The notes beneath the pieces were generated by a model. It ran no database searches and was not told the origin of the DNA. It saw only the letters and a list, made by a program, of their open reading frames with translations. From positions 1 through 64,000 of the forward strand of contig JAVZLK010000006.1 of assembly GCA_038883795.1 (NCBI GenBank): 64,000 nt of DNA. The letters are read 5' to 3'. The DNA is from Candidatus Bathyarchaeia archaeon (GTDB taxonomy: Archaea > Thermoproteota > Bathyarchaeia > Bathyarchaeales > Bathycorpusculaceae). The position numbers were made by a program, and so were the translations under genes. Positions 16,588 to 27,868 of this stretch are shown piece by piece (positions within the stretch are counted from its first letter, which is position 1; every line of letters begins with the position of its first letter).

Positions 16588-16923
16588 CTAAAGACTCAAC
16601 TTGTCAAAAAACTCCAAGAGAAGCTTTGCCACTTTCTCGCCAAACTCCGTCTTCACATAATACTTCTTCAACGGGTCTATGCGCTCGCCCTTAGCCAAAC
16701 CCAAATCCTCAATCTCAATCATCCTAGCCCTAAAAGTACCATCACTCAAAGTCAAACCGTTAGAGCGCATAAACTCTTTAGCTTCTTTCCATTTTCCACG
16801 GTTCATGTAAAGCAACAGAATACAGTCTATAGCATGGTCCTTCTCAAGCATAGCCTTAACAGCCGACAATTTCGGGTCTGTCAATATGCGCTTAATCTTC
16901 TCCTCATCTCCACTCTTAACCAT
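16588..16923 (-). CDS. Winged-helix DNA-binding protein
   Basis: LSDGTFRARMIEIEDLGLA...YVKTEFGEKVA. Confidence 0.75.
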   Translation of the reverse strand: MVKSGDEEKIKRILTDPKLSAVKAMLEKDHAIDCILLLYMNRGKWKEAKEFMRSNGLTLSDGTFRARMIEIEDLGLAKGERIDPLKKYYVKTEFGEKVAKLLLEFFDKLSL

Positions 16924-17077
16924 AACACACTCAACCTTTCCATTTCTAATTATAGCTTAAACCATTTAAAAGATTTAACCTATATTACGATTTAAGTCAT
17001 ATTTCTAATGGTATAAGCCAACAATCCATGCATGGTTTTCATAAAAATGTGGGGAAATTATTGGCTTTATCCATAAG

Positions 17078-17278
17078 CTATTTCTGTTTCTCTGGAAATT
17101 TTTCCGAGGCTGGTTCTCCACCAATTCCCCAATGGGATTTTGGAATTTCATGCACCAAAACTTCCACAGCCTGTCTTGGTATGCCTAAGTCTTCAAAGGC
17201 TTTTGTTATGTTCCGTATTAGAGTTTTGGCTTTTTCTTTGCCGAATCCTTCCCAAACATTCACGTGAACAACAGGCAC
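17078..17278 (-). CDS. 4-oxalocrotonate tautomerase family protein
   Basis: Catalytic Pro1 (MPVV); HWGIGG. Confidence 0.92.
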   Translation of the reverse strand: MPVVHVNVWEGFGKEKAKTLIRNITKAFEDLGIPRQAVEVLVHEIPKSHWGIGGEPASEKFPEKQK

Positions 17279-17369
17279 GTGCCCATCTCCTTAAAAGAAC
17301 CAAAAAGGGGTTAAGTTCTTAACTCTAACGCAAAATTCTTCTATTTCCTCCGCATTTTCCAATAATGGC

Positions 17370-18263
17370 ATGCAAAACCAAACAGTAAAAGCAAAAATTT
17401 CTGTAAGAAAAGCCAAAGATTCCGACCGTGAGGCGGTTTTTAAATTTTGTGAGAAAACTTGGAGTTGGGGCGATTACATACCCCATGTTTGGGATAAATG
17501 GCTTAAAGAGAAAAATAGCAGAGTATTCGTTGCAACCATTAATGAAGTTCCCGTTGGAATCTCCCACTTAAGCATCGACAAACCTTATGAAGTTTGGCTT
17601 AGCGGAGCAAGAACCGACCCAAAATATAGGCGCCTAGGAGTTGCCACCGCCATAACAAAAAAATGCTTAGAATATGCCAAAAAGAGAGGCGCAAAAGTGG
17701 CAAGACTCGTAACAGAACCAAACAACGAAGCTGCTAGGGCTTTGGTCCAAAAGCTGGGGTTCAAGCAAATAGCAGAATTTGCTGAAATGAAAACAGAAAA
17801 AATAACGAAAGAGAAGAGCATAAACTCGAAATGGGCTGAAGAAAACGAAGTAGAGGCTATATGGCGTTATCTGCAAAATTCAGAAGTATACCGCGCTGCT
17901 GCAGGCTTGTACACGGTTTTATTTCACTGGTTTTCGCTAGAGAAAAGGGATTTGGAGCGATTTGTTAAGGAGGGAAAAGCAATAGTACACATGAATGACG
18001 AAGGCAAGGTGGATGGTTTAACGCTTATAGATGATGTAACATCTAGAGAGTGGCGCAGGAACACTATACAGACATGCTACATAGACGGCGATTCCGAGGC
18101 AGTTCTTGATATGATAAAGTTTCTAAAAGGCTATTGCTTTGCTTCAAAAATCAAAAGGATTTATGGATTTACATGCAACTATAAACCCATAACAACCACA
18201 TTAGAAAGGTTAGGTTTTGAGCAGCCAGAAACCACAGAAATAGTTTACGAGAAGAGAATATAA
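17370..18263 (+). CDS. GNAT family N-acetyltransferase
   Basis: DPKYRRLGVA and N..A.ALVQKLGF motifs. Confidence 0.88.
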   Translation: MQNQTVKAKISVRKAKDSDREAVFKFCEKTWSWGDYIPHVWDKWLKEKNSRVFVATINEVPVGISHLSIDKPYEVWLSGARTDPKYRRLGVATAITKKCLEYAKKRGAKVARLVTEPNNEAARALVQKLGFKQIAEFAEMKTEKITKEKSINSKWAEENEVEAIWRYLQNSEVYRAAAGLYTVLFHWFSLEKRDLERFVKEGKAIVHMNDEGKVDGLTLIDDVTSREWRRNTIQTCYIDGDSEAVLDMIKFLKGYCFASKIKRIYGFTCNYKPITTTLERLGFEQPETTEIVYEKRI

Positions 18264-18340
18264 TTGGCTATTAGACTAGTAAGGTTTAAATAAAATATGG
18301 CTTATTTCGTAGTTTAGCCTAATAAAATGGATGAAAACAA

Positions 18341-18808
18341 ATGTCAGGGGAATTTCGCCACATACTAAGAATAATCGACACAGATGTAGACGGTACTCTA
18401 AAGGCGCCTTATGCCTTAAGAAAAATTAAGGGAATAAGCCTAAACCTCGCAAATGCCATATTGAAAAAGGCTGGAATAAACCCTGACATTAGGGCGGGAT
18501 TTTTGACAGAAGCAGAGGTTGAAAGGATAGAAGAAATTATTAACGAACCAGCAAAGTTTGGATTGCCAAGCTGGCTCTTAAACAGAAGAAAAGATTTGGA
18601 AACTGGAAAGGACATGCACCTTATCAGCGCAGACCTTGTCCTAAGAACGAAAATGGATATAGAACAAATGAAGGAAATCAAATCATGGCGAGGATACCGC
18701 CATTCTTATGGATTAAAGGTGCGTGGACAGAGAACCAGAACCACGGGAAGAACTGGAAAAGCTTTGGGAGTTAAAAAGAAGGAAGCTGCAAGAAAGGAAG
18801 GTAAATAG
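18341..18808 (+). CDS. rps13: 30S ribosomal protein uS13
   Basis: WRGYRH..GLKVRGQRTRTTGR. Confidence 0.97.
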   Translation: MSGEFRHILRIIDTDVDGTLKAPYALRKIKGISLNLANAILKKAGINPDIRAGFLTEAEVERIEEIINEPAKFGLPSWLLNRRKDLETGKDMHLISADLVLRTKMDIEQMKEIKSWRGYRHSYGLKVRGQRTRTTGRTGKALGVKKKEAARKEGK

Positions 18809-18809
18809 T

Positions 18810-19373
18810 GTGGGAGACCCGAAAAAGCAAAGGAAAAAGTATGAGACGCCACGATTTCCATGGCGAACCGACGTTCTCCAAGAGGAACTAAAACTTTTGG
18901 GACAATATGGTTTAAGAAACAAGCATGAATTATGGCGCCATGAAACAATGCTTTCAAAGTTTAGAGGAATAGCCCGCTCCCTCATTGGCAAGGCACCGGA
19001 AGAACGTGGAAAAATGGAAAAAGAACTCCTAACACGCCTCAAAAGGCTTGGCATCCTCCCAGAAACAGCAGTATTAGACGACGTTTTAGACTTGACAGTA
19101 GAAGACATTCTTGAACGTAGACTCCAAACAATAGTCTTCAGAAAAGGCCTTGCAAAAACCATACATCAAGCACGCCAACTTATAACCCATGGACACATTT
19201 CAATAGGAAAACAAAGAGTCACCGTGCCAGGGTACATGGTGACAAGAGAAGAAGAAAACCAAATAGCTTATACACCCAAAAGCCCCCTTGCAAATCCAAA
19301 CCATCCAATCCGCCAAACAATCGCTGTAGTAGCCACAACTGGAGCAAAATCTGAAAGGCAAGAGGAGGAATAA
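18810..19373 (+). CDS. rps4: 30S ribosomal protein uS4
   Basis: GTG start, [28 protein letters not shown]. Confidence 0.96.
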   Translation: MGDPKKQRKKYETPRFPWRTDVLQEELKLLGQYGLRNKHELWRHETMLSKFRGIARSLIGKAPEERGKMEKELLTRLKRLGILPETAVLDDVLDLTVEDILERRLQTIVFRKGLAKTIHQARQLITHGHISIGKQRVTVPGYMVTREEENQIAYTPKSPLANPNHPIRQTIAVVATTGAKSERQEEE

Positions 19374-19377
19374 CAGA

Positions 19378-19782
19378 TTGAGTAGCGTTGCCAAAAAGAC
19401 AGATAGATGGGCTGTGGTCCACATATACAGCTCCTACAACAACACATTAGTGCACATAACAGACATTTCAGGCGCAGAAACCATCGCCAGAACCTCCGGC
19501 GGAATGTTTGTGAAAGCAGACAGAATGGAATCCTCCCCATACGCAGCCATGCGTGCAGCCTCAGCCGCAGCAGAAGTAGCCAAAGACAAGGGGATAACAG
19601 CCATACACATAAAAGTTAGAGCTCCAGGCGGCTCAGGGCCAAGAACGCCAGGTCCCGGCGCCCAAGCAGCCATAAGAGCCTTGGCTAGGGCTGGTTTTCG
19701 CATCGGACGGATAGAAGAGGTTACGCCTATCCCCCACGATGGTACACGAAGACCTGGAGGAAGAAGGGGGAGAAGAGTCTAA
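19378..19782 (+). CDS. rps11: 30S ribosomal protein uS11
   Basis: [25 protein letters not shown]. Confidence 0.97.
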   Translation: MSSVAKKTDRWAVVHIYSSYNNTLVHITDISGAETIARTSGGMFVKADRMESSPYAAMRAASAAAEVAKDKGITAIHIKVRAPGGSGPRTPGPGAQAAIRALARAGFRIGRIEEVTPIPHDGTRRPGGRRGRRV

Positions 19783-19885
19783 CAAATTCTATTGCTCCTT
19801 TACTGAGGGAAAAATTGAAATAATGCACTAATATTCTATTGAACGGCACGGCAGTTGTTACAGAATAATATGGAGTGGCAAAATA

Positions 19886-20707
19886 GTGGAAGTAGAAGTG
19901 CTTGAAAAAGACGAGAAAAATTTGCGCTTACTCATTAGGGGAGTTGATGTTCCATTTATAAACGCCCTAAGAAGGACTATAATTTCAGAAGTTCCATGCA
20001 TGGCTATAGACGAGGTTGTAATGATTGAAAACTCATCCATACTCCAAGACGAAATTATAGCCCATAGACTAGGGCTAATCCCCCTAAAAACGGATTTGGA
20101 TAGTTACAATTTACCAGAAGAATGCCCATGCAAAAGTGAATTTGGATGTAACCTTTGCAGAGTTACTCTCACATTGGATGTGGAAGCAAAAGAAGGAACC
20201 AGAACTGTTTATTCCGGAGAATTAATGTCGGAAAATCCGGAAATTGTGCCAGTAAGCGACCAAATCCCAATTATAAAATTGGCAAAAGGCCAAAAGCTAA
20301 GGCTTGAGGCTTATGCTAGGCTTGGAAAGGGGAAGAACCATGCGAAATGGCAACCAGTCTCCATGTGCGCATACAAGTATTTTCCAAAAATAGAAATTAG
20401 CAAAAAATGTGATGCTTGCGGAAAATGTGTAGAAATCTGTCCAAGGAAAGTTTTAACAAAGACTGAAAGCAGGATAGAAGTTCGCAACTTGATGGCTTGC
20501 ACCCTGTGCCAAGACTGTGTTGAAGTTTGCCCGCAAAATCCGCCAGCAATAAAAGTGGAGCAAGAAAAAGACACATATATATTCAGTCTCGAATCCACAA
20601 ATGTGCTTCCACCAGAAAGGATATTGACTGAAGCCATTAAAATCTTGGACAAACAACTCAACGAATTCGAAAACCAAATCAAGGTGGAGAAAAGTGAAGA
20701 AAATTAA
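19886..20707 (+). CDS. rpoD: RNA polymerase subunit D (Rpo3) with ferredoxin-like insert
   Basis: NALRR, AHRLGLIP, HAKW; two CxxCxxCxxxCP motifs. Confidence 0.96.
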   Translation: MEVEVLEKDEKNLRLLIRGVDVPFINALRRTIISEVPCMAIDEVVMIENSSILQDEIIAHRLGLIPLKTDLDSYNLPEECPCKSEFGCNLCRVTLTLDVEAKEGTRTVYSGELMSENPEIVPVSDQIPIIKLAKGQKLRLEAYARLGKGKNHAKWQPVSMCAYKYFPKIEISKKCDACGKCVEICPRKVLTKTESRIEVRNLMACTLCQDCVEVCPQNPPAIKVEQEKDTYIFSLESTNVLPPERILTEAIKILDKQLNEFENQIKVEKSEEN

Positions 20708-21056
20708 GGCAACAAATCCACAGCTTATAGAACTCATCAACTTCTTAAAAAAGAAAAGCAAAGAAAACGAGGCTAATATTTGGAGGGACATAGCGGAACG
20801 ATTAGCTAAACCGAAGAGAAAGCGTATAGCAGTTAACCTAAGTCGACTAAACAGATACACGCAGAAAAACGATATGGTGGCGGTTCCAGGCAAGGTTTTA
20901 GGCGCTGGAGAAATAAACCATCCAATAACCGTGGCAGCCTTCGCTTTCTCTGAGAAGGCAAAGGAGAAGATAAAAGCTGCAAAGGGTAGATGCCTATCCT
21001 ACTTTGACCTAATCAAAAAGAACCCGAAAGGCTCAAAGGTCAAAATAATTGGGTGA
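20694..21056 (+). CDS. rpl18e: 50S ribosomal protein eL18
   Basis: VNLSRLNRY, VPGKVLG. Confidence 0.96.
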   Translation: MKKIKATNPQLIELINFLKKKSKENEANIWRDIAERLAKPKRKRIAVNLSRLNRYTQKNDMVAVPGKVLGAGEINHPITVAAFAFSEKAKEKIKAAKGRCLSYFDLIKKNPKGSKVKIIG

Positions 21057-21060
21057 AAAA

Positions 21061-21495
21061 ATGGAAAATCAAGCCACAATAATAAATGCTGAAGGCCTAA
21101 TTCTTGGAAGGATGGCAAGCATAATCGCCAAGAAACTACTGAATGGCGAAGAAGTAATAATTGTAAATGCTGAGAAGGCTGTGCTTTCTGGGAAAAGAAA
21201 GAGCAAAATAAGGGAAGCAAAAGAATTCTTGGAAGTGGGATACCCAAGACAAGGCCCATTCCATTATAGGAGACCAGATAGAATAGTGAGAAGAACCATT
21301 AGGGGGATGCTTCCATACAAACAACCAAAGGGCAAACAAGCATACAAAAGACTCAAAGTTTTTATTGGAACACCAGAAGACCTCAAGAATCAAAAGGCGG
21401 AAACCTTGCCCGAAGCACAAGCTCAAAAGCTAAAATGTCCCTATTTTACGATTGAAGAATTCGCGAAAGAAATAGGATGGAGCGTAGAGGAATAG
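21061..21495 (+). CDS. rpl13: 50S ribosomal protein uL13
   Basis: [18 protein letters not shown]. Confidence 0.96.
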   Translation: MENQATIINAEGLILGRMASIIAKKLLNGEEVIIVNAEKAVLSGKRKSKIREAKEFLEVGYPRQGPFHYRRPDRIVRRTIRGMLPYKQPKGKQAYKRLKVFIGTPEDLKNQKAETLPEAQAQKLKCPYFTIEEFAKEIGWSVEE

Positions 21496-21496
21496 T

Positions 21497-21907
21497 ATGC
21501 CAGCAAAAAAGGTTTTGGTTGTTAGCGGGAAAAGGAAAACAGCCACTGCAAGGGCTGTTGTCAAACCAGGAATTGGAAGGATACGCATAAACAAAACTCC
21601 GTTAGAAATTTTTGAACCAGAAATTGCCAGAGAAAAAATCATGGAACCCCTCATACAAGCAGGCGACGAGGTCTGGAAACAATTGGACATAGACATAAAA
21701 GTTTCAGGAGGAGGCTACATGGGACAAGCAGAAGCGGTAAGAATGGCAATAGCAAACGCCCTATTAAAATGGACAAAAAGCACCCATTTACGCACAATAT
21801 TCACCGAATACGACAGAACAATGGTTGTCGGAGACCCGAGAAGGAAAGAACCCAAAAAGTTTGGTGGACCAGGAGCGAGGGCTAGAGACCAGAAAAGCTA
21901 TAGATGA
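21497..21907 (+). CDS. rps9: 30S ribosomal protein uS9
   Basis: [25 protein letters not shown]. Confidence 0.97.
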   Translation: MPAKKVLVVSGKRKTATARAVVKPGIGRIRINKTPLEIFEPEIAREKIMEPLIQAGDEVWKQLDIDIKVSGGGYMGQAEAVRMAIANALLKWTKSTHLRTIFTEYDRTMVVGDPRRKEPKKFGGPGARARDQKSYR

Positions 21908-21917
21908 GGTGGATGGA

Positions 21918-22148
21918 ATGATTATACCTGTTAGATGTTTTACTTGTGGCAAGTTAATTGGAGATGTCTGGGAGGAGTTTGCAAGAAGAGTTAAGACTGG
22001 AGAAAATCCAGGGGAAGTTTTGGATAGTTTGGGGATTAAGCGGTATTGTTGTAGGCGGATGTTGCTTTCGCATGTGGACATCATAGATGAAGTTTTACGC
22101 TTTTACGAAGAGGCTGAAAAAAGAAAAGAGGCTAAAGCCTACTATTAA
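21918..22148 (+). CDS. rpoN: RNA polymerase subunit N (Rpo10)
   Basis: [18 protein letters not shown]. Confidence 0.97.
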   Translation: MIIPVRCFTCGKLIGDVWEEFARRVKTGENPGEVLDSLGIKRYCCRRMLLSHVDIIDEVLRFYEEAEKRKEAKAYY

Positions 22149-22160
22149 AGAGGAAAGCGA

Positions 22161-23423
22161 ATGTCTACTGTTATCGAGGATATAATTGCCAGAAAAATTT
22201 TCAACACTCGAGGAGAGGAAACAATAGAAGTTGATATTATAACAACTTCTGGTTTTGGTAGAGCCTCAGCCCCCGCCGGAGAAAGTCGAGGAAAAGCCGA
22301 AGTGGTTTATTATCCGCAAGGTGGCGTAGACCAAGCATTAAAGAAGATTGAAGAGGTTATTGCTCCAGAAATTGTTGGATTAAACGCTGATTTTCAAGAG
22401 GAAATAGATAAGACACTGCATGAGATTGATGGTTCAAAGGATTTTAGAATAATTGGTGGAAACACGGCTTTTGCCATTTCCTTAGCTAATGCCGAAGCTG
22501 CCGCAAACTCTTACGGCTTATTTCTCTTTCAATATTTGGGTGGGCAAGTTGCCAACGAACTGCCCTATCCTCTTGGAAACACCATAAGCGGCGGAAAACA
22601 CACAAGTGGAAAGTCTCCAGACATTCAAGAGTTTTTGGCGCTTCCCTATGGAGCAGAATCTTTCCTTGAGGCGGCAAATGCCAACGCCAAAATCCACAAG
22701 AAAGCTGGTGCACTCCTCAAAAAGAAAGATAAACTTTTTAGTGGCGGAAGAAGCGATGAAGGAGCATGGATTGCCAACATCGACAATTTAGACGCCCTTG
22801 AGGTTTTGGCTAAAGCTTGTGAAGAAGTCAGCAATGAGGTGGATTTTGAGTGTGGCTTTGGAGTGGATGTTGCGGCATCCTCCCTCTGGGATGAAAAACA
22901 AAAAGTTTACGTATACGCCAGAGAAGGCAAAAAACGGTATTCTGGCGAACAATTAGAGTTCATTTTAGAACTCATCAAAAAATACCATTTAACCTACGTA
23001 GAAGATCCCTTCCATGAAAGGGACTATGAAAGTTTTGCAGAATTAACTCGAAAAGCTAGAAACTGCCTAATTTGTGGAGATGACCTTTTCGTCACAAACA
23101 GTGAGAGGCTAAGCCGTGGAATAAAGATGCACGCTGGAAATGCCGTCATAATTAAGGTGAATCAGATTGGCACCCTAACAGACGCTTTGGAAACAATTGA
23201 AATGGCAAAAAGAAATGGATACACACCAGTAATGTCACACCGTTCTGGGGACACATGCGATTGGCACATTGCCCATTTGGCTGTGGCGTTCAAATGCCCA
23301 ATAATAAAGACTGGTATTGTTGAAGGAACTCGCATAGCCAAAATAAATGAGTTAATAAGGATAGAGGAGTTTTTAGGAGATAGGGCTAAAATGGCAAGCA
23401 TCCCAATTCTCAAAGGAGGATAA
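22161..23423 (+). CDS. eno: Enolase
   Basis: [39 protein letters not shown]. Confidence 0.95.
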   Translation: MSTVIEDIIARKIFNTRGEETIEVDIITTSGFGRASAPAGESRGKAEVVYYPQGGVDQALKKIEEVIAPEIVGLNADFQEEIDKTLHEIDGSKDFRIIGGNTAFAISLANAEAAANSYGLFLFQYLGGQVANELPYPLGNTISGGKHTSGKSPDIQEFLALPYGAESFLEAANANAKIHKKAGALLKKKDKLFSGGRSDEGAWIANIDNLDALEVLAKACEEVSNEVDFECGFGVDVAASSLWDEKQKVYVYAREGKKRYSGEQLEFILELIKKYHLTYVEDPFHERDYESFAELTRKARNCLICGDDLFVTNSERLSRGIKMHAGNAVIIKVNQIGTLTDALETIEMAKRNGYTPVMSHRSGDTCDWHIAHLAVAFKCPIIKTGIVEGTRIAKINELIRIEEFLGDRAKMASIPILKGG

Positions 23424-23427
23424 AGCA

Positions 23428-24114
23428 TTGTCAAAGGACGAAGAAAGGAAGGAAGAAAAAAAGGAAAAATTTGAAGAGGAAGCCGCAGAAATAACAGCAG
23501 AAGAACTTTTGCTACCACGGGACACGCTACTATCCGCGGGAATACACATTGGAACAAGGATGAAGACGGGAGACATGGAGCAATTCATATATCGTGTCCG
23601 ACCAGACGGCTTATTCGTTTTAGACGTTAAAAAAACGGACGACCGCATAAGAATCGCTGCAAAATTTTTGGCAAGATTTGAGCCATCAAAAATTGCCGCA
23701 GCGGCAGCCCGCCTTTACGCTCAAGAACCAGTTAGCAAATTTTGCGAAGTAACAGGAGCAACTCCAGTTGTTGGGCGGTTCATTCCAGGACTTTTATCCA
23801 ACCCATTATATCCTAATCGTATAGAACCAGAAGTGCTCATAGTTTCTGACCCTAGGGCGGATTCTCAAGCCGTTAAGGAAGCAGCATCTGAAGGAATACC
23901 AGTAATCGCCTTATGCAGTACCGATAATGAGTTTTCTGGAGTGGACTTTGTCATACCAACAAATAATAAGGGTAGGAGAGCCTTAGCCGTTATCTATTGG
24001 CTTTTGGCAAGACAAATATTGCGCGAAAGAGGCGAATTGCCGCCAGATAAGGATTTGCCTTTAACTATTGAAGATTTTGAGGCGAAGATTTCAAAGGAAG
24101 AGGAGGAAACCTAA
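23428..24114 (+). CDS. rps2: 30S ribosomal protein uS2
   Basis: AGIHIGT, GRFIPG, PTNNKG. Confidence 0.96.
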   Translation: MSKDEERKEEKKEKFEEEAAEITAEELLLPRDTLLSAGIHIGTRMKTGDMEQFIYRVRPDGLFVLDVKKTDDRIRIAAKFLARFEPSKIAAAAARLYAQEPVSKFCEVTGATPVVGRFIPGLLSNPLYPNRIEPEVLIVSDPRADSQAVKEAASEGIPVIALCSTDNEFSGVDFVIPTNNKGRRALAVIYWLLARQILRERGELPPDKDLPLTIEDFEAKISKEEEET

Positions 24115-24118
24115 AAGA

Positions 24119-24970
24119 ATGGCGAAGATTCGGCGTCCATGCCAAGCAGGAGCCTTTTATGAGGGGACAGCCGAATCATTAAAAAGACAAATAGAAGATT
24201 GCTTTCTTCACGAATTTGGACCCGGAAAAATTCCAGAAGTTGTTAAGGCTGGACCTAGAAAGATAATAGGTTTGGTTTGTCCCCATGCTGGTTACATGTT
24301 TTCTGGACCAGTTGCGGCTCACGCCTATTACCAGTTGGCTTTGGATGGTAAACCAGAAGTGGTGGTTATTTTTGGTCCAAACCATACTGGTTATGGTAGT
24401 GTTTTGGCCGTTATGGATGAAGGAGTTTGGCGCACACCATTAGGCGATGTAGAAGTGGACGGCGAAACTGCCAAACAGATTGTGCGTGAATCGCGCATAG
24501 TTGATGTGGACGAATCTGCGCATCGCCTCGAACATTCCATCGAAGTTCAGCTTCCATTTTTACAATACCTTTACGGTTCACAATTTAAGATTGTTCCCAT
24601 ATGTTTCTTGATGCAAGATTTATCCTCAGCAAGGGATGTTGGCAAAGCCGTTGCTAAAGTTTTAGTTGGAAAAAACGCCGTGGTAATAGCTTCTTCTGAT
24701 ATGACCCATTATGAGCCTCGGGAAAGGGCAGCTAAAAAAGATAGGTTGGCGCTTGAGGCTGTGGAAGCCATGGATGAAGCTAAATTTTATTCAACTATCG
24801 AATCACATAACATAAGCGCTTGTGGTTACGGTCCAATATCTGCCTTAATCGTTGCTGCAAAAGTTTTGGGCGCAAAAGAAGCGAAATTATTATGTTATAA
24901 AACCAGTGGAGATATAATTGGCGACTACTCAAGCGTGGTTGGGTATGCTGCCGTCTGCTTCACAAAATAG
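24119..24970 (+). CDS. MEMO1 / AmmeMemoRadiSam protein B
   Basis: AGAFY, PHAGY, GPNH, EHSIEVQLPF, SSDMTHY, CGYGP, VGY. Confidence 0.93.
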   Translation: MAKIRRPCQAGAFYEGTAESLKRQIEDCFLHEFGPGKIPEVVKAGPRKIIGLVCPHAGYMFSGPVAAHAYYQLALDGKPEVVVIFGPNHTGYGSVLAVMDEGVWRTPLGDVEVDGETAKQIVRESRIVDVDESAHRLEHSIEVQLPFLQYLYGSQFKIVPICFLMQDLSSARDVGKAVAKVLVGKNAVVIASSDMTHYEPRERAAKKDRLALEAVEAMDEAKFYSTIESHNISACGYGPISALIVAAKVLGAKEAKLLCYKTSGDIIGDYSSVVGYAAVCFTK

Positions 24971-24979
24971 TGGTGTATA

Positions 24980-25963
24980 ATGGAGGTTGTTGCCTCAGCT
25001 CCAGCCAAAGTTATACTTTTTGGAGAACACTTCGTCGTCTACGGCGAACCAGCCATGGTCATAGCCATAGACAAAAGAGCCTACGTAAAAGCAGAAAACC
25101 GCAACGACAAACGCCTTTATATACGCTCTTCAAACTTAAACCTTGCAGCATACTTCGAAGGAGAAACTTTCAAAATCGAAGAGGGCGACCCGAAAGAGGC
25201 GAGGATAAAATTTGAACCAGTTAAGCTTGCCGTCGAGAAAGTTTTAGAAAAATATGGCGCCATTACTGGATTAAACATTGAGATTAACTCGACGGTGCCC
25301 GTGGCTGCGGGTTTAGGGTCTTCAGCTGCCGTTGTAGCTGCGGTAACCATAGCTGTAAGCAAATTATTGAACGTAAATATTTCCAAAGAAGAAATTTTCC
25401 GCATAACCTATGAGGCAGAAAAAATCGTGCACGGCACTCCATCAGGAATAGACCCAGCAATCGCAACCTTCGGCGGAGCTTTACTGTTTCAGGTGGACAC
25501 TGGATTTAAACCATTAGAGGTGAAAATGGACATTCCACTTGTCATCGGCGACACGGGTATAGAAAGGTCTACACGTGTTCAAATTGACAAAGTAAGGGAG
25601 TTAAAAGAGAAATATCCGCAAATAATGGAGTCGCTCACTTGGGCAGCCCGCCAAATTGTAATGAGAGCCTTAGAAGCTCTTAGGGAGAAGGATTTGGAAA
25701 CTTTGGGAGAGTTGATGAACATAAACCATGCGCTCCTTTACGGAGTAGGCGTATCAGATGAATCTTTAGAGTGGCTCATAAATGCTGCTCGAAAAGCTGG
25801 AGCCCTTGGGGCAAAATTAACTGGGGCGGGCGGTGGCGGATGTATGATAGCCCTAGCAAGAAACGAAAAACTTGAGGAGGTTTCAGAAGCTATCAGAAGG
25901 GCTGGTGGAACCCCCTTTATTGCACGTAAAACGGATGAGGGAGCAAGAATTGAGCGAGCTTAA
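24980..25963 (+). CDS. mvk: Mevalonate kinase
   Basis: PAKVILFGEH, GLGSSAA, SGID, KLTGAGGGGC. Confidence 0.96.
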   Translation: MEVVASAPAKVILFGEHFVVYGEPAMVIAIDKRAYVKAENRNDKRLYIRSSNLNLAAYFEGETFKIEEGDPKEARIKFEPVKLAVEKVLEKYGAITGLNIEINSTVPVAAGLGSSAAVVAAVTIAVSKLLNVNISKEEIFRITYEAEKIVHGTPSGIDPAIATFGGALLFQVDTGFKPLEVKMDIPLVIGDTGIERSTRVQIDKVRELKEKYPQIMESLTWAARQIVMRALEALREKDLETLGELMNINHALLYGVGVSDESLEWLINAARKAGALGAKLTGAGGGGCMIALARNEKLEEVSEAIRRAGGTPFIARKTDEGARIERA

Positions 25964-26750
25964 TCCTACAATATTGAAGATTGGCGGTTCCGTGATTACA
26001 GACAAAAGCGGAGAACTTGCAGCGAAAATGCAAGACATAAACCGCTTAGCACAAGAAATCCATGACGCTAACGTTAAAAACTTGGTAATTGTGCATGGAG
26101 GCGGAAGTTTCGGGCATCCTGTTGCCCAAAAATATGGTATAAATGCTGGATTCAAAGAAGAAAGCCAAAGGATAGGCTTTGCAGAAACCCATCATTTCAT
26201 GACGGTTCTTAATGGCTTATTCATGGACGCACTAATCTGGCGCGAAGTCCCCGCCATAAGCATAACGCCCTCCTCATGTATAATGACAAAACAGGGCAGA
26301 ATCCAATGCTTTGAAGAAGCACCCTTAAGGGCTTTTTTAAAAATGGGATTTTTGCCGGTCACTTTCGGCGACGCCGTTCTAGACGTGGAGTGGGGATTCG
26401 CAATTTTGTCGGGAGACCAGCTTGTTTCCCATATTGCCACGAGGCTTGATGCAAAGAGAATCATAATTGGCGTGGATGTTGACGGATTATACGATGCTGA
26501 TCCAAAAGCGAAGAAGACGGCAAAAATGTTTAGGCACTTAACACTGGAAGAGCTGAAGAAGCTTCAAGGAAATCTTGGCAAACCCACGGCATGCGATGTT
26601 ACTGGGGGAATGTTTGGCAAAATAGCTGAGCTTATACCAGCCATAGAAAAAGGAATCCCAATAACAATTGTGAACGCTTCAAAACCAAATTATATCTATA
26701 AAACGTTAAAAGGAGAGAAAGTGAAAGGCACTTTAATAGAGAAGGAATAA
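25950..26750 (+). CDS. ipk: Isopentenyl phosphate kinase
   Basis: KIGGSVIT, HGGGSFGH, SGD, DVTGGM; MVA operon context. Confidence 0.93.
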   Translation: MSELNPTILKIGGSVITDKSGELAAKMQDINRLAQEIHDANVKNLVIVHGGGSFGHPVAQKYGINAGFKEESQRIGFAETHHFMTVLNGLFMDALIWREVPAISITPSSCIMTKQGRIQCFEEAPLRAFLKMGFLPVTFGDAVLDVEWGFAILSGDQLVSHIATRLDAKRIIIGVDVDGLYDADPKAKKTAKMFRHLTLEELKKLQGNLGKPTACDVTGGMFGKIAELIPAIEKGIPITIVNASKPNYIYKTLKGEKVKGTLIEKE

Positions 26751-26752
26751 GA

Positions 26753-27856
26753 TTGGCTAAGGAAACAAGAAGACGAAAAGCAGAGCACATTAAAATCGCC
26801 TTAAACCAGCATATCCAAACAAGAAAAACTACAACAGGCTTCGAAGACATTCATTTTATTCATAGAGCTTTACCAGAGATTGACAAGCAAAAAATAGACT
26901 TGTCCACAACCGTATTTAATCACAAGTTTGCCGCACCAATAATAGTAGGCGCAATAACGGGCGGAACCACGGAAGCAACAAGAATTAACGCTGCAATAGC
27001 CGAAGCGGTGGAAGAGTTAGGTTTGGGGATGGGTGTTGGAAGCCAACGGGCAGCCATCGAAGACAAAAGACTCGAAAAAACTTTCGCGATAGCAAGAAAA
27101 AAGGCTCCAAAAGCCTTCTTAATCGCTAACATTGGCGGAATCCAGCTAAACCAAGGCTACGGCTTAAGAGAAGTGAGAAAAGCTATGGAAATGATTGATG
27201 CAGATGCCATAGCAATACATTTAAACCCACTGCAAGAAGCAATCCAACCAGAAGGACAAACAAACTTTCAAGGAATCCTTGAAAAAATTGGCGAAATTTC
27301 AGAAGAAATCGACAAACCAGTCATTGCAAAGGAAACTGGCGCTGGAATCGCCGCAGAAGAAGCCAAAAAACTTGAGGCTGCGGGCGTGAAAGGAATAGAT
27401 GTCAGCGGGGCGGGTGGAACAAGCTTTGCAGCTGTGGAGTATTACCGCGCAAGAGAAGTAGGAAACTATGTTCAACGCAGATTGGGACATGTCTTCTGGG
27501 ATTGGGGCATTCCCACCGCCATAAGCATTGTGGAAGTTTCCCAGACGGTAAGCATACCAGTGATCGCTTCTGGAGGAATACGTAATGGTTTAGATGCTGC
27601 TAAGGCTTTGGCATTGGGTGGAAGCCTAACAAGTTTGTCGCAGCCGATTCTTAGAGCAGCGTCTAAAGGGGTTAAGGAAACGGTGCGTGTCCTTTCGCTT
27701 TTGATTGATGAGTTGAAGAATGGAATGTTTCTTGTAGGAGCCGATTCTGTTAAAGCTTTATGGGAAACCCCAATTGTTATTACTGGTAGGACGGCGGAAT
27801 GGCTTAGGGCTAGAGGATTTAACGTGGAAAATTATGCCAAGAGAAGGGGGAAATGA
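26753..27856 (+). CDS. fni: Type 2 isopentenyl-diphosphate isomerase
   Basis: RK.EH, TGG, GSQR, HLNPLQE, KETG, GGT, SGGIR. Confidence 0.96.
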   Translation: MAKETRRRKAEHIKIALNQHIQTRKTTTGFEDIHFIHRALPEIDKQKIDLSTTVFNHKFAAPIIVGAITGGTTEATRINAAIAEAVEELGLGMGVGSQRAAIEDKRLEKTFAIARKKAPKAFLIANIGGIQLNQGYGLREVRKAMEMIDADAIAIHLNPLQEAIQPEGQTNFQGILEKIGEISEEIDKPVIAKETGAGIAAEEAKKLEAAGVKGIDVSGAGGTSFAAVEYYRAREVGNYVQRRLGHVFWDWGIPTAISIVEVSQTVSIPVIASGGIRNGLDAAKALALGGSLTSLSQPILRAASKGVKETVRVLSLLIDELKNGMFLVGADSVKALWETPIVITGRTAEWLRARGFNVENYAKRRGK

Positions 27857-27868
27857 ACCATTTTTGAT

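Noticed and set aside
19783-19885. 103-nt spacer between rps11 and rpoD as an sRNA
   Set aside because: No convincing C/D boxes or stable structure.
22161-23423. Divergent enolase loop PAGESRG as a sign of inactivity
   Set aside because: The loop Ser and the other catalytic motifs are retained.
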